A stretch of 63,340 nt of DNA, filler included, from Olpidium bornovanus S191 (taxonomy: Eukaryota > Fungi > Olpidiomycota): NCBI GenBank assembly GCA_017911155.1. It is 26 parts of 26 records of this genome, joined end to end, with 100 filler letters (N's around TTAATTAATTAA, not from the genome) between each part and the next. Parts side by side here need not be neighbours in the genome. Positions count along the whole stretch, not along the records: positions 21,916 to 28,257 come from JAEFCI010005210.1; positions 28,358 to 29,887 come from JAEFCI010011167.1; positions 29,988 to 33,842 come from JAEFCI010003922.1; positions 33,943 to 36,204 come from JAEFCI010001949.1; 22 more parts are not named here. One strand, 5' to 3'. A program made the position numbers and the translations under genes. Below the pieces are notes generated by a model. It worked only from the letters and a program-made list of their open reading frames with translations, searched no databases and had not been told where the DNA came from. Of this stretch, positions 22,942-33,977 are shown piece after piece. Within the stretch, counting starts at the first letter, position 1; each line of letters starts with the position of its first letter.

Positions 22942-24555
22942 TTAGTGTTCAGCCAGCGCAATGTCCTTTTCCTGCGTCTTTACGATGATCTATCACCGAG
23001 GTTTTAGCGAGAAACACGTTTTGGGAACGGAGTTGTGGTACGCGAACGCACTCGGGGCAAGGCGAGTGGGCCCGGGAATGTAAGGGCAAAAGCGGTGGCC
23101 GCGGGTGACGCACCACAGGCATGGGAAGGTGATGCGCACAGTAGTCCGAGACCGAGCCGAGCAGCGTCCGCTTGATGGGTCCCATGCCGCGCGAGCCCAT
23201 GATCACCGCTGACCTCAAACGGAGAAGAGGAACAGAATGCGTGGCCTTTAACGGGAAGCGACCCCCCAGCGGCCGAAAAACAGAACGCCGCTTTCGAATT
23301 CAAACCAGGAAGCGGTCCGCAGAGGCTCCCCTGCCACTTTGAGGTCCACCGCTTTGCGCACGATGTCGTACCTAGGATCGCCCCTGCGATTCACCCAATT
23401 CCACATATACAAAGGAGCCGCGGAGTTTCTGATTTTAGATTTCTTCGAGGCGAAAAAAAAACCCCCCGCCAGGGCTGTTTCCCCAGTTTCAGGGGCGCCT
23501 TACCGGATGGCGATGGCCTTGCAGTCGACTAGAATATGCGGGGACCAGGAAGAGATACCAAAGGCGCGTTATATAAAGATATACAAATACGTATGTATGT
23601 ACGTGTGTATGTTTTGGCGTCAAAACTGTTCGTCACGTACGCACCGGAAATTTTGGCCGTCGGGGCCAAAATACGAAAAAAGGAAAAAAAATAATAATAC
23701 TCACATCCCCTGCTTTTCAGGATCTCGCCGTACTTCTGCAGCAGGCTGTGCGAAGACTTGCGGCCGTGCTCCTCCAACCGCGCACTGCCCGATCGTTCAG
23801 ACATTTTTTCATAGAGGAAGGGGGAAGAGGAGGTGCTCGCGGCATCCTCGCATCAACGCCCGAACATAGATCCCCCGACCGCCGACTCACAGGACATCGG
23901 TGAAGTCAAGATACGCCGCGCCTGGGTCCAAGAACCCCGAGACTCAGCGTTCACGTTTGTCAGTTAACCCGGCGACCCGAAAACAGAAAAAAAAAAAACA
24001 AGGCTTACCGAACGGTCCGGGGGTGTTGGAGGGCAGCCGGACATTCACGAGCACGACAACGTCGGTCTCTTGACAGAGGAAATTCTTCAACGCCCTAGAA
24101 AAGCACCTCTGCCGTTTGTAACGTCGTCCGCCGGAGCCAGGAAAACCACGCAGGTCGACAGAGGGGGCCAGTAGCTCCGTGGTGAGCTCGCGAAAAAAAA
24201 AACGCACCAGTTGAACGCGTTCACGGAGTTGTCGCTGGAGTCTACCGCGATGATCACGACGCGGCGCTGGCTCTGAGCGGGGGAGGAGGAAGGAAGCGGC
24301 GGGCGTGGGGCGGCGGCGTAAGAAAGAATTTCGTCAAGCCGAACGGCACACCGACATGATTTTTTTTTTTTTCCTTCTGTTGTCGGAAATCAGCGCGCTA
24401 ACCTCCGGCAAGGCAGTTTCGTGGTCTGCGTCGTGGTGGAAGACGCTGCTGTCGGGCTCGTGGTGTGGGTCTTTCTGCTTTGGCCCGCTCGTCACGGCCG
24501 CCGCGGTCGCGGTCGCCTCGGCACCGACAGCGAGGGGGTTTCCGGCAGTCGCCAT
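22942..24555 (-). CDS. Universal stress protein (UspA family), complete multi-exon gene
   Basis: Splicing gives RRVVIAVDSSDNSVNAFNW / ALKNFLCQETDVVVLVNVR...PGPFGAAYLDFTDVL / ...SHSLLQKYG / CKAIAIR / GDPRYDIVRKA / VIMGSRGMGPIKRTLLGSVSDYCAHHLPMPV / IIVK...stop at 22942-22944. Confidence 0.93.
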
Positions 24556-24921
24556 CGTTCTGCGCGGTTTTCTTTCTTTCTTCTTCTGTTTCTTTTGCCG
24601 GCAGACGCGGTTTTTCTCGCCTCCTCCTCCCGCCTGCGAGAGCGATTTTCGCCGGCGGCTCAGAGCGGCTTTTGCCTCGGGCCAGCGCGCTCGGTGGCGC
24701 TCTCACGCCCTGTTCTCCCCTCTCCTTCATTCCCCCCGCGCCCACTCTTTCACCCCCACACGCGACACCCGCCGCTGCGCCCACCGCGCGCCATTCTTGC
24801 CGCACGTGTTCCACCAAGTCTTTCCCGCGCGCCCTCGGTCCCCTCCACCTTCGCCTTCTTTTTTTATCTCAATGAGCTCGTTGTCCTAGTACGTGAAGGA
24901 TTGACAAAACAAAAAAGAAAA

Positions 24922-26497
24922 TTACAGGAGGATTTTGGTGGCTGCGGGAGGGACCAAAAACCGCACTCCTAAGCCATTAAGCTCGTCTAATTCTTCGGCG
25001 ACTATTTTCCGCATTGCGAAGCTGGAGCTTGAGTTGGTAGATTTGACGTGAAATACCACCACGTTTAGGCCATCGAGGGGCGCCGTAGAGAGAGTTTCGC
25101 CCGCGAATGCGCCAGGTGGCCGCGCTATTGTGACATTATTCGGCGTGGCGATTTCGCCGCTCGCGCTCGGCTTCTCTTCTTTGACGAGGGAAGCCAGGAC
25201 GCGCAGCTCCTCGATGATGTACTTGGGCGTGAGGTGACCAAACAGTATGTCGTCTGGCCTGCTGCTGAGGTAAGAACACTCCATCAAGATGCCGCGCAGC
25301 TGGCCCTGCCGGACGAGCGGGGCCACCCGCCGCCACACGTCAGACAGCTTGGGTCTGCTCCGGTCCACCTTCAGCTCGACGCTGTCTGGCCCGACGTCGC
25401 CGAGGAACAGTACGTACGGCGCCCGGAAAGCCTCCGACGGCGCAGAACCAGCGTTATCCGCATCGCTTTTCACCAGGAAAGCCGTCGAAGTCACCCCGGC
25501 GTGGGAGAGCGGATGGGCCTCGATGGTGAGCTTGATGCCCGTCCCGTCCGAAGGGACGTCAGATCCCGCTCCCGCCACGTAGGGTCGAAGGCTCTGTGGC
25601 GACCGTTCCGGCAGGCGCACATACCGGTAGACGTTCGCGTGATCAGGACCGTCGTCCGCGAGGTTCGGCCACGCCCGGTTATTGAAGATGGAATCCTGTA
25701 AGTCGGAGATGGTCTCGCTAAGCCTGCTCACATCACCAAAGAGTCGGACCACGCAAAAAGTGGGGATTAGTAGACACGCGGCGCGGCAGGTCTTCTTTAC
25801 TAGTCTGCGACTAAGACGAACCCAAAAATGAACTTTTTGACATCGATCTGACTTCCAACGACCAAACCAGATGTATGATCTGCGCGCGCGCCGGGCAGAC
25901 AAATTGTAAGTTGCGGAAGGAGAACTCGATTTACAGAACGAAGAGTACCGGGGGCTGACCGAGGTGCGCATGCGTGATACAGTAACCCTTGATGTGGTCC
26001 CGAAAGAAAGCGACCTTCCCCAAGTCCGGTTCGTCGGCGAGTGCGGGCGGGAGAATACCGCCGAGGACACCGGGCCTCCGGAGTGCTCGTGTCAGGCCCC
26101 CGATCACCGTCCCGGCGTCGAGCCCAAGGTATCCGCTTTCGGCAGTAGGGCCGCGGACGGGTCGCAAGAGGAACGAGGAGACGTCGTGTTCGTCGGGTCC
26201 GCCGCCCGTTCCCAGCGCGATGACCTCGAACTCGGGTGAATCGGACAGGGTAAATACGGCCGTTTCCGCCTCCGACGCGGCGACGTCAAGGGGGACGAGA
26301 CAGCCCGCCCCCCCAGAGACGTTCGCCGACGAAGAAAGCGGCAACGGAAAAACTGAACTGCCGTCGCTTTTTCCCGCTGCGAGGGCGATTGCCAAGGCGA
26401 CGTTGATGGCGAGGCTGACCGCCAGCGCAATCTGCGCGGCGGTCGGCACGGACGCGCGGGCGCACAGGGCGGACATCATCGTCGCCGGCCGGTCCAT
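24922..26497 (-). CDS. PDE1: Class II cAMP phosphodiesterase (PF02112, metallo-beta-lactamase fold) with N-terminal hydrophobic anchor
   Basis: VIALGTGGGPDE, LDAGT, spliced THAHL-DH, IFNNRAWPNL, FLGDVGPDSVE, LRGILMECSY, LFGHLTPKYIIEEL, VFHVK. TM segment ALAVSLAINVALAIALAAG follows the ATG at 26497. The frame is open upstream to 27040, so the start is uncertain. Confidence 0.9.
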
Positions 26498-28019
26498 CAA
26501 AGGCTCCGGTTCCTGTCTGGGCAAACGCTTTCTGCTGACGGCCCGGTGGCGTGCTGCGACGGCGGAAGTCGCCGCGGCAGAAGTGGCAGCGGAATGAGCG
26601 GTGTCGGGGAAGGAGGCGCCGGCGCCGGGGAAGGAGGCGGCGGCGCCCGGCGCCCTCTCCGCTGGCCCAGCGGCCAGGGCTGGTCGCGCCGGCGAACGGC
26701 CTGCGGGCGTCGATCGGCCCAAGCGGAGCCCGTCCGCGGCGCACTCTGCGGGGAGGAAGGGGCCCGGCAGGAGCGGGGCCGCATCCCGGGCGGCATCTGC
26801 GCCTGGGGCCTCGGCGGTGCACCCCCCACGGCCGGCTTCCTTGCGAAACGCCCCGAGATTTTCGTCCGTCGGGGCGATCCTGCTGCTGCTGCTGTTGCCG
26901 CCGCTGCTGCTGCGGCGGCGGCGGCGGGGCGGCAGCGGAGGAACGGACGCGCTCGGACGCACTCCGCCCGCCCGCAGGAACCCGAAGCTCCCCCGTTTTG
27001 CGGAAATTCGCGCGGCCCCGTCGACCCCAAACGCACGCACGCCAAATGTCCTCCTCCTGCAAGGAGTATCCGCCCCGCGCGCCCTCCCTCTTCGCCGTGT
27101 GCCAACAGCGCCCCAAATATCAACGCCCCGTTCGTTCGCCGTACGTGTTCATCATCGTCGGCCCGTCGCGGCGGCGCCCTCTTGTCCTGCCGGAGGAAAC
27201 CTCCCGCTGAATCCCCCCTTTTCAAGCATGAAAAAAACATGTTGGATCCACCTGCCTGCAATATGAGCTTCCTGTTCTGTTTTCGCCGCGTCCCTGCCGA
27301 CGCCTGGCATGCCGCCCCCCACTGAACCACGCCCTGTCAACCTCCTGTTACGACCTCTCCAAGTCAACGGCTCAAACTGCCTCTAGTGGGCGGAGTACGC
27401 TGAAGTGAACCTCCATGGTAAAGGTTTCGGCGAAGTTATCGACTTCCAGACCAAGGCGCCTGCAACCGGACCTTCGTTCCCACTGTCTGGTTTGCCTCCG
27501 CTGTCCTCTTTGTCCGAGTCTCTTGAATCCCGCCGACACCTCCGTGTCGCCCGCCAAGACTGCCAACGCTGCCACCCTCGCCTGCAACAGGAAGCACCGT
27601 GAGCTTCATTCAGTTCAAGGTTCTGAATTTCCTTGCGCCACGTCGAGCCTGCGCTCACCAAGCGCTACGTCAGAGTCCGCAACCCGATTGATTTCTGAGG
27701 TGCACTCAAGGCAAGTCTCGGCCACCAGACCACCACTTAGCTGCCGGCTGCGGAAGAAGCTTGGAACAACACTAGTAGAATTCCCAACTGTTGCCGCATA
27801 CAACACGTCGTTTTGTGACATTGTCTCAAAAAAACTATGTCTGCGGTGTCCAACTTGAGAGAACAGCAGTTGACTGACAGAATCCTCAAAGGTTTCTGTC
27901 TTTCCGCCGCTATCTTTCAGTTCACGCATTCGGGCTTCAAGACAGACCCCGCGTTGAACGAGCTTCTCTTCTCCAACGAACCTCGCGATCAAAGGCCATA
28001 AAAGCACTTAAATTGGTGC

Positions 28020-28250
28020 CAAACCGCCAACAAAGCTGGCATCAGCCCGGCATTGAAATTTGTGCTATAACTGTCGTCAAAACTAGAAACCACTTCTAGA
28101 ACTGGCGTCAAAACCGGCATCAACACCGGAAACGGGCGACAAACTTGTGCCAAAGCCTGAGTTAAAGCCAGCAATCAACCGGCATCAAATTGGCACCGAA
28201 ACCAGTTCGAAACCCGGCGTCAAAAACTGGCTTCAAACCCGGCATTACGA
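28020..28250. repeat. Degenerate tandem repeat of about 12 bp (AAACYGGCRTCA), about 9 units
   Basis: Units include AAACCGGCATCAA (28111), AACTGGCGTCAAA, ACCCGGCGTCAAA and AACTGGCTTCAAA. Confidence 0.75.
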
Positions 28251-28512
28251 CGGCGGGNNNNNNNNNNNNNNNNNNNNNNNNNNNNNNNNNNNNNNNNNNN
28301 NTTAATTAATTAANNNNNNNNNNNNNNNNNNNNNNNNNNNNNNNNNNNNNNNNNNNNGGGACTCTTGATGCCGCGGGCGGCGCCGACCCCGTCGCCTGAA
28401 CCTCTGGCGAAAGCCACTACCAACTTCTGGACCATCGCCGTGAGCTCAACCGCTCTCGGCACCAAGTCCTCAACATGGTAGCAACGCTCTAGAAAAAAAC
28501 TGTCGTCGCCAC

Positions 28513-29330
28513 CCGCTGACCGCGGGAAGAAGGACCTTCCGCTGACCGCAGAAGCCGGCGATGGCCATCTCCGCTCACCGCGGAAGCCGACGCAAGAGGA
28601 CCTCCTCACCGCCGCTCACCGCCGCCATCCCCGCTGACCGCGGGACGAAGAGGAACTCCTCGCCGCCGCTGCCGCCGGCCGCCGTCATCACCTTCCGCTG
28701 ACCGCGAAAGACCCGCCATCCGCCGCCGCCATCCGCTGACCGCGGAGCTGACCTCGGCGACGGACAACCCTCAGCTGACCGCAGAAGCTGGCGACGGCCA
28801 TCCCCACCACCCGCCTCTCCGCTGACCGCTGAAGACCCACCTTCCGCTGACCGGGGAAGAAAAGGCCGCTCACCGGCCGCTAACCGCCGCCGCCGCCGCC
28901 ATCGCCACCGGCCGCTTACCGCCGCCGCCGCCGCCGCCGCAGCCGCTTTCTGGTAGCTGCTGCACCATCGCAGCCGCTTTCTGGCCGCCGCTGCGCTTTT
29001 GACACCGCCGCTTTCCAGTAGCCGCTGCACCATCGCAGCCGCTTTCTGGCCACCGCCGCCGCCGCACACCGCCGCCCCCGCTCACCGCTGCCCCCGCTCA
29101 CCGGCGCCGCCACTCACCGCCGCCGCCATCCGCTGACCGTGGAAGAACAAGCCGTCATCAACCGCCGCCGCTGCCGCCATCCGCTGACCGCGGAAGGGAC
29201 CTTCTGCTGACCGCGGAAGTAGACCAGGGACCAAAAGAACCATCTTCGCTCGCCGCGGAAGCTCGCTCGCTCGCCGCGGAACCGACCATCCCCGCTCGCC
29301 GCCGCGGAACCGACCATCCCTGCTCGCTGC
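28513..29330. repeat. GC-rich array of interspersed GCTGACCG motifs with nested duplications
   Basis: 11 exact GCTGACCG copies (28515, 28541, 28633, 28697, 28735, 28774, 28821, 28846, 29132, 29183, 29206) and at least 7 GCTNACCG variants. Also duplicated GCTGCACCATCGCAGCCGCTTTCTGGCC and CTCGCCGCGGAA blocks. Confidence 0.9.
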
Positions 29331-29366
29331 GGAACCATCGCCTCAGAACACAGCTGACGGTAGACA

Positions 29367-29887
29367 ATGCCCCTCCCCTGAGATGACGGCCACCTGACCG
29401 GTACACGTGTTCCCCAAACGTTAGCAGATTACCAAGCATATGTTCAACAGCTTCAAGGACAGCTGGCCAACCTCTAGAAAGGACGGGAACTGCTTCTAGC
29501 CAGAGACTCGGCGCACACTGCACAACAAGCATTACGTGATGATCGCCCTTCGGATTCGGATCGTATCGTAGCCAAGCTGATCCGAGATAAGCTCAAGCCG
29601 TTTACTAGCAGGGACCGCCGTCCGCACCATGTCCACAACTTTCTTACACAGTTTAGGCAATACTCGTCGTACATGAGGCTCGACACAGCTGCCCAAGTGG
29701 TAGCCATGAGCGCCTTACTCGAGGACGATGCTGCGGCGTGGTTTCAAAGTCTTCCTCCGATTGCCACATGTGCTGAATTCGAACAGATCCTCATACAGAG
29801 ATGGGGAGATCCACTCGAGGAAGAGAATGCCCGGAGAGCTCTCGCCAAGCTCAAGCCGAAAAAATCGGTGAAGTGCTACACAGAAAA
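29367..29887 (+). mobile_element. Ty3/gypsy gag pseudogene (Retrotrans_gag domain) with two premature stops
   Basis: Single frame from ATG 29367: MPLP*...DYQAYVQQLQGQLANL*...KLKPFTSRD...HNFLTQFRQY...LEDDAAAWFQSL...FEQILIQRWGDP...ARRALAKLKPKKSVKCY. Stops at 29379 and 29475. Confidence 0.85.
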
Positions 29888-29987
29888 NNNNNNNNNNNNN
29901 NNNNNNNNNNNNNNNNNNNNNNNNNNNNNNNTTAATTAATTAANNNNNNNNNNNNNNNNNNNNNNNNNNNNNNNNNNNNNNNNNNNN

Positions 29988-31354
29988 CATGGCCGCGAAG
30001 TCGGCCGACTCGAAAGATAGGGCGTCGGTGAGGTCGATGTAATCGATCGCGCCGTCCCCGTCGCGATCCGCTTCGGCGAAGAACCGATCGATGGCCGCCG
30101 CTCGCGCGCTGGTGACCTCCCTGCGCTGGCCCAGAGCCGCGGCCAGTTTCCTAAACTCGGCCCTGGATATCTTCCCGTCCCTGTCTCCGTCCGCTTCCAC
30201 GAACAACCGGCGCACATCGTCGAGTAGGTTTGATATATTCAACAGCAGGTCCGGGGAGGCCAACGCGGTGACTTTTACCGCGACAAAGGTCTTTTCGTTG
30301 GCAGTGGCGGCAACGATCGCCTCCTTGAAGGCGTCACGTAATTGGTCCGCTCGGTCGTTGTACATCTTTCGCGCGGAGGGGTCGTCCCTTCCGGCTAACG
30401 GGTTGACGTCGGCCTCGACCGACAAGTCAAGAATGACCCCAATGTTCGCGGCTCCCAGTTTTTTCATCAAATCGTTGACTTCGTCAACAGTCTCGCCGCC
30501 GCCTGGATCGCAGCGAAGATGGAAACGTTGGATGTGTAGGTCGAACGTACTATAATAAGCAAAAAAAAATGGCAGGCAATATTTGGACTCACAAAAATGC
30601 TTGAAGAAAGTGTACCTCGTAATCCAATGTATGAGGCCGGTGCAGTGCACCTTTTCAGCGAAAGCGATAAGGCGCGGCGTGATTTCCACAAGCCAGGTAA
30701 AACTGCAGAGCTTGTATACCATCCACGATCGCAGGAGATCCTTGGTAGGCTTGTCTTTGATGGCAATGCTGGGGTCGCCGTCCATGAGGTCAAGCTCGGG
30801 CCCAGACGTCGGCGGAAGGATCTACACCGCCAGGCGGGGTGCGGGCCAACACCAAACTTTTTTTCTTCAGCTCGCCGACGTCACGGCCGAAGAAAAACCC
30901 CGGGGGCGCTAAAACGGAAAAAAAAAAAAAAAAAAAGAAAGAACGAAACCCGCGAACGACCCACTGCTTCTGCGGACGAGAGGACTCGTCCGGCAAACGA
31001 GTAGCGCGGCGCGAGCACCAAGACCGTTGCTCCCGCGGCGGCGCCCGCCGCCGCGAACGCCAGGCGCCGCCGCGCCGCGGCGGCAAAGGAGAAGCCCGGG
31101 CGCCCGTTCGGCCTCGACGGCTGCGCATGCCGCGGCGGCGCGGAGGCGGCGGAAAACCTCTGGCACGGGGCGGCGAACGCGCAGCGGAACGCCGGCGGGT
31201 GGGCCGCGAGTCCGCCGCAGGGGACTGTCGGTCGCCCCGGCGCCGCTTCTCCCGTCGCCCGCACGCAGCCCGGCGGCCGCGCGGCTCGGCTCAGCAGTCC
31301 CGCCGCGGCGAACGCTGTCGCCGCCGACGACGGCGCGAGTCGGAGGGGAGGCAT
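29988..31354 (-). CDS. PUT1: Mitochondrial proline dehydrogenase with a paired EF-hand insert (3' truncated)
   Basis: Arg/Ala-rich presequence, then LLRSWMVYKLCS, spliced TFFKHFC-GGET, GVILDLSVEAD and FVAVKVTAL. EF loops: DGDRDGKISRAE and DRDGDGAIDYID. Confidence 0.9.
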
Positions 31355-31863
31355 CTGCCAAACGGCGGCGCGTGGGCGGGGGGCGGGGGGGTGTGGGCGG
31401 CGGCGGCGGGAAGCTGCGGGCGTGTGGGGGTTCCTTTGTGAGGGGGGGGGGAAAGGCTCCGAGGAGGGGGGGGGGGAACGACGTTCTGCTGCGGCGGCGT
31501 GGCTGTTTCCCGCCGCCCAACAACTGTTTCTGCCAACGTCTTTTTACGCTGCTCAGATCGCTGCTGCGCTCAGTGTCCTCTTTCACGACCAACCCGCACG
31601 CCGCCCGCAGGCCGCGGCGTTCGCAGGTCTCACGGCTTTTCTGCACAACGGCTCTCCGTTTTTTTTTTTTTTTTTTTTTTTTTTGTTTTTCTGCTCGAAA
31701 CTCCTTCATCTTCGCCGTCTGAAACAAAAGCGTCTCCGTCCCTCGTCGTCACCCAACGGCCACGCCCCGTCCCCCTCTCTACCAAACATCGGGGGAAGAA
31801 TAAGAGCCAGGGATTTCGGTGCGAAGTCGTTCGTATGGTTTTGGCCTGTTTGGTTGGTTGGGG

Positions 31864-31888
31864 GAGGGAGAGAGAGGGAGAGGGAGAG

Positions 31889-31919
<31 letters not shown>

Positions 31920-32002
31920 AGAAGAGAGAGAGAGAGAGAGAGCAGAGAGAAGCAGAGAGAGTGAGAGAGAGAGAGAGAGGCAGAGAGAGAAGCAGAGATA
32001 AC

Positions 32003-32033
<31 letters not shown>

Positions 32034-32073
32034 CTGAGAGAGATAAAAAAGAGTCGGAGAGAAAGAGAGCGAG
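31864..32073. repeat. (GA)n-rich microsatellite
   Basis: About 200 bp of imperfect GAGAGA between the divergent PUT1 and ILV1 genes. Confidence 0.95.
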
Positions 32074-32234
32074 TGACGGGCAGACGGGGCCCCTTCTCCG
32101 TCCTTCCGCCTCTTCCTTTCCCTTCTCTCCGTCCTCCTCCTCCTCCTCCTCCTCCCCTTCCTTTCCTTTCCTTTCCTTTCCTTCCTTTCCTTCCTCCCCT
32201 CTTCCTTCCGCCGCCCGCGACCCCGATACCTCCT

Positions 32235-32282
32235 CCCCCCCCCCCCCCCCCCCCTCCCCCCCCCCCCCCCCCCCCCCCCCTT

Positions 32283-32320
<38 letters not shown>

Positions 32321-32341
32321 ATCCCCCCCCCCCCCCCCCCC
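32235..32341. repeat. Poly-C tract (G-quadruplex-capable on the minus strand)
   Basis: About 105 nt of nearly pure C. Similar tracts occur at 4821-4856, 5700-5745, 21751-21815, 40480-40512 and 42621-42660. Confidence 0.9.
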
Positions 32342-32452
32342 TCCTGCTCCTGCCGCCCTTCCCCATCCTCGCGCAGTTCGCTGCCCACACCCCCTCGCGC
32401 GCCCGCCCCGAGCCGCGTCCGTTGCAGCCCGCCCCCCGCGCGCGCGCGTCCC

Positions 32453-33842
32453 ATGCCCGATAGCCTGCTCAGGAGAGCCGCCCAGCCGGAGAAGGCGCCG
32501 CCGCCGCCCCCGCTGCTGCCGCCGGCGGAAGCCGCTGCCGCCGCAGCGCTCGATTTCGACGCCGCCGCCTCCCTCTCGTCGCCGTCACCGACGGTATACG
32601 AGACCTTGCTGGCGGAACAGGCCGGCGGCGCGTGCGCGGATCTGGGCGGCAAGTTCTCTCTGATCCAGCAGTCCCGCCGCCTCTCCCTGTCGTCGCGGTT
32701 CCAGAGCGCGTCCAAGTCCGGCCTCTCCGCCTCCGTCCCGACGGCAATGGCCGCCGACGGCCCTTCGCCCGGCAGCGCCGTCGGCGTCGCGTCGCCGTCT
32801 CCGCTGTTCCTGCCGAACGGATGGTTCGCGGGAGCCACGGGCCCAGGCAAGACCTGCGCGGTGACCTCGCACGCGGCCACGCCCGAGCCCGCCGTCGACA
32901 AGTCCAACACCCTGGCGGAAGAGGGAGAGCGCCCGGACTATCTGCAGATGATCCTGTCCGCCAAGGTCTACGACGTCGCCGACGTCACCCCCTTGCAGGT
33001 GGCCCCCGGCCTCTCCGCGAAGCTCGGGCGTGACAACCACGTGCTCCTGAAACGGGAGGACCTGCAGCCGGTGTTCTCGTTCAAGTGCCGCGGCGCGTAC
33101 AACCGCATGGCGCACCTCTCCGACGAGGAGAAGCGGAAGGGCGTCATCGCGTGCTCGGCCGGCAACCACGCCCAGGGCGTCGCTCTCGCCGCGCAGCGGA
33201 TGGGCGTCAGGGCGGTCATCGTCATGCCGATGGGTCCCCCCGCCATAAAATTCCGCAACGTGGCGCGCCTGGGCGGGGAAGTCGTGCTGTTCGGCGACGA
33301 CTTCGACGCGGCGAAGAAGGAGTGCGCGAGGATGGCGAAGCAGTACGGTTACGTCAAGTGGGTGTTGGTGCGCATTCGATTTTTCTTTTTTTTTTTTTTT
33401 AATTCTCTGGCCGTGTGCCGTGGACCCCGGAGCCCATCGCCCCGCGCGTCCCGCGCTCACGTGACGTTTGTTGCGCCCTCTTTGCAAAACGCCCGCCCGG
33501 CGCGTTTACGCGGCCAGCATACCCCCGTTCGACGACCCGTACGTCATCGCCGGGTGCGGCACAGTCGGACTGGAGATTCTCCGGCAGACCGACCTCGAGA
33601 AGATCACCGCCATCTTCTGTGCCGTGGGCGGCGGCGGACTCATCTCCGGCATCGCGGCGTACGTCAAGCGCGTCCGGCCCGCCATCCGCGTCTTCGGCGT
33701 CGAGACGAATGATTCGGCGTGCATGACCGAGGCGCTGCAAGCCGGCGAAAGAGTCGAGCTGGCTCAAGTCGGCCTGTTCGCTGACGGAGCCGCCGTCAAA
33801 CTCGCCGGCGAGGAGCCGTTCAGGATTTGTAAAGAAAACGTC
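32453..33842 (+). CDS. ILV1: Biosynthetic threonine dehydratase (3' truncated)
   Basis: Exons 32453-33357 and 33518-33842. [34 protein letters not shown] (PLP lysine), [11 protein letters not shown], spliced [35 protein letters not shown]. Confidence 0.96.
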
Positions 33843-33977
33843 NNNNNNNNNNNNNNNNNNNNNNNNNNNNNNNNNNNNNNNNNNNNTTAATTAATTAANN
33901 NNNNNNNNNNNNNNNNNNNNNNNNNNNNNNNNNNNNNNNNNNAAAAAAAAGGAATAGACCGAGTCCGCTTCTCGTAC

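Noticed and set aside
28513-29330. CRISPR array interpretation of the GCTGACCG repeats
   Set aside because: The repeat is too short and variable, spacers are irregular and mutually similar, there are no cas genes, and the context is eukaryotic.
31499-32910. Long ORFs 31499-33712 (5' part), 31630-32910 and 31779-32390
   Set aside because: The ERERER, poly-Pro and poly-Gly stretches are translations of the GA microsatellite and poly-C tract. Only the part from ATG 32453 is ILV1.
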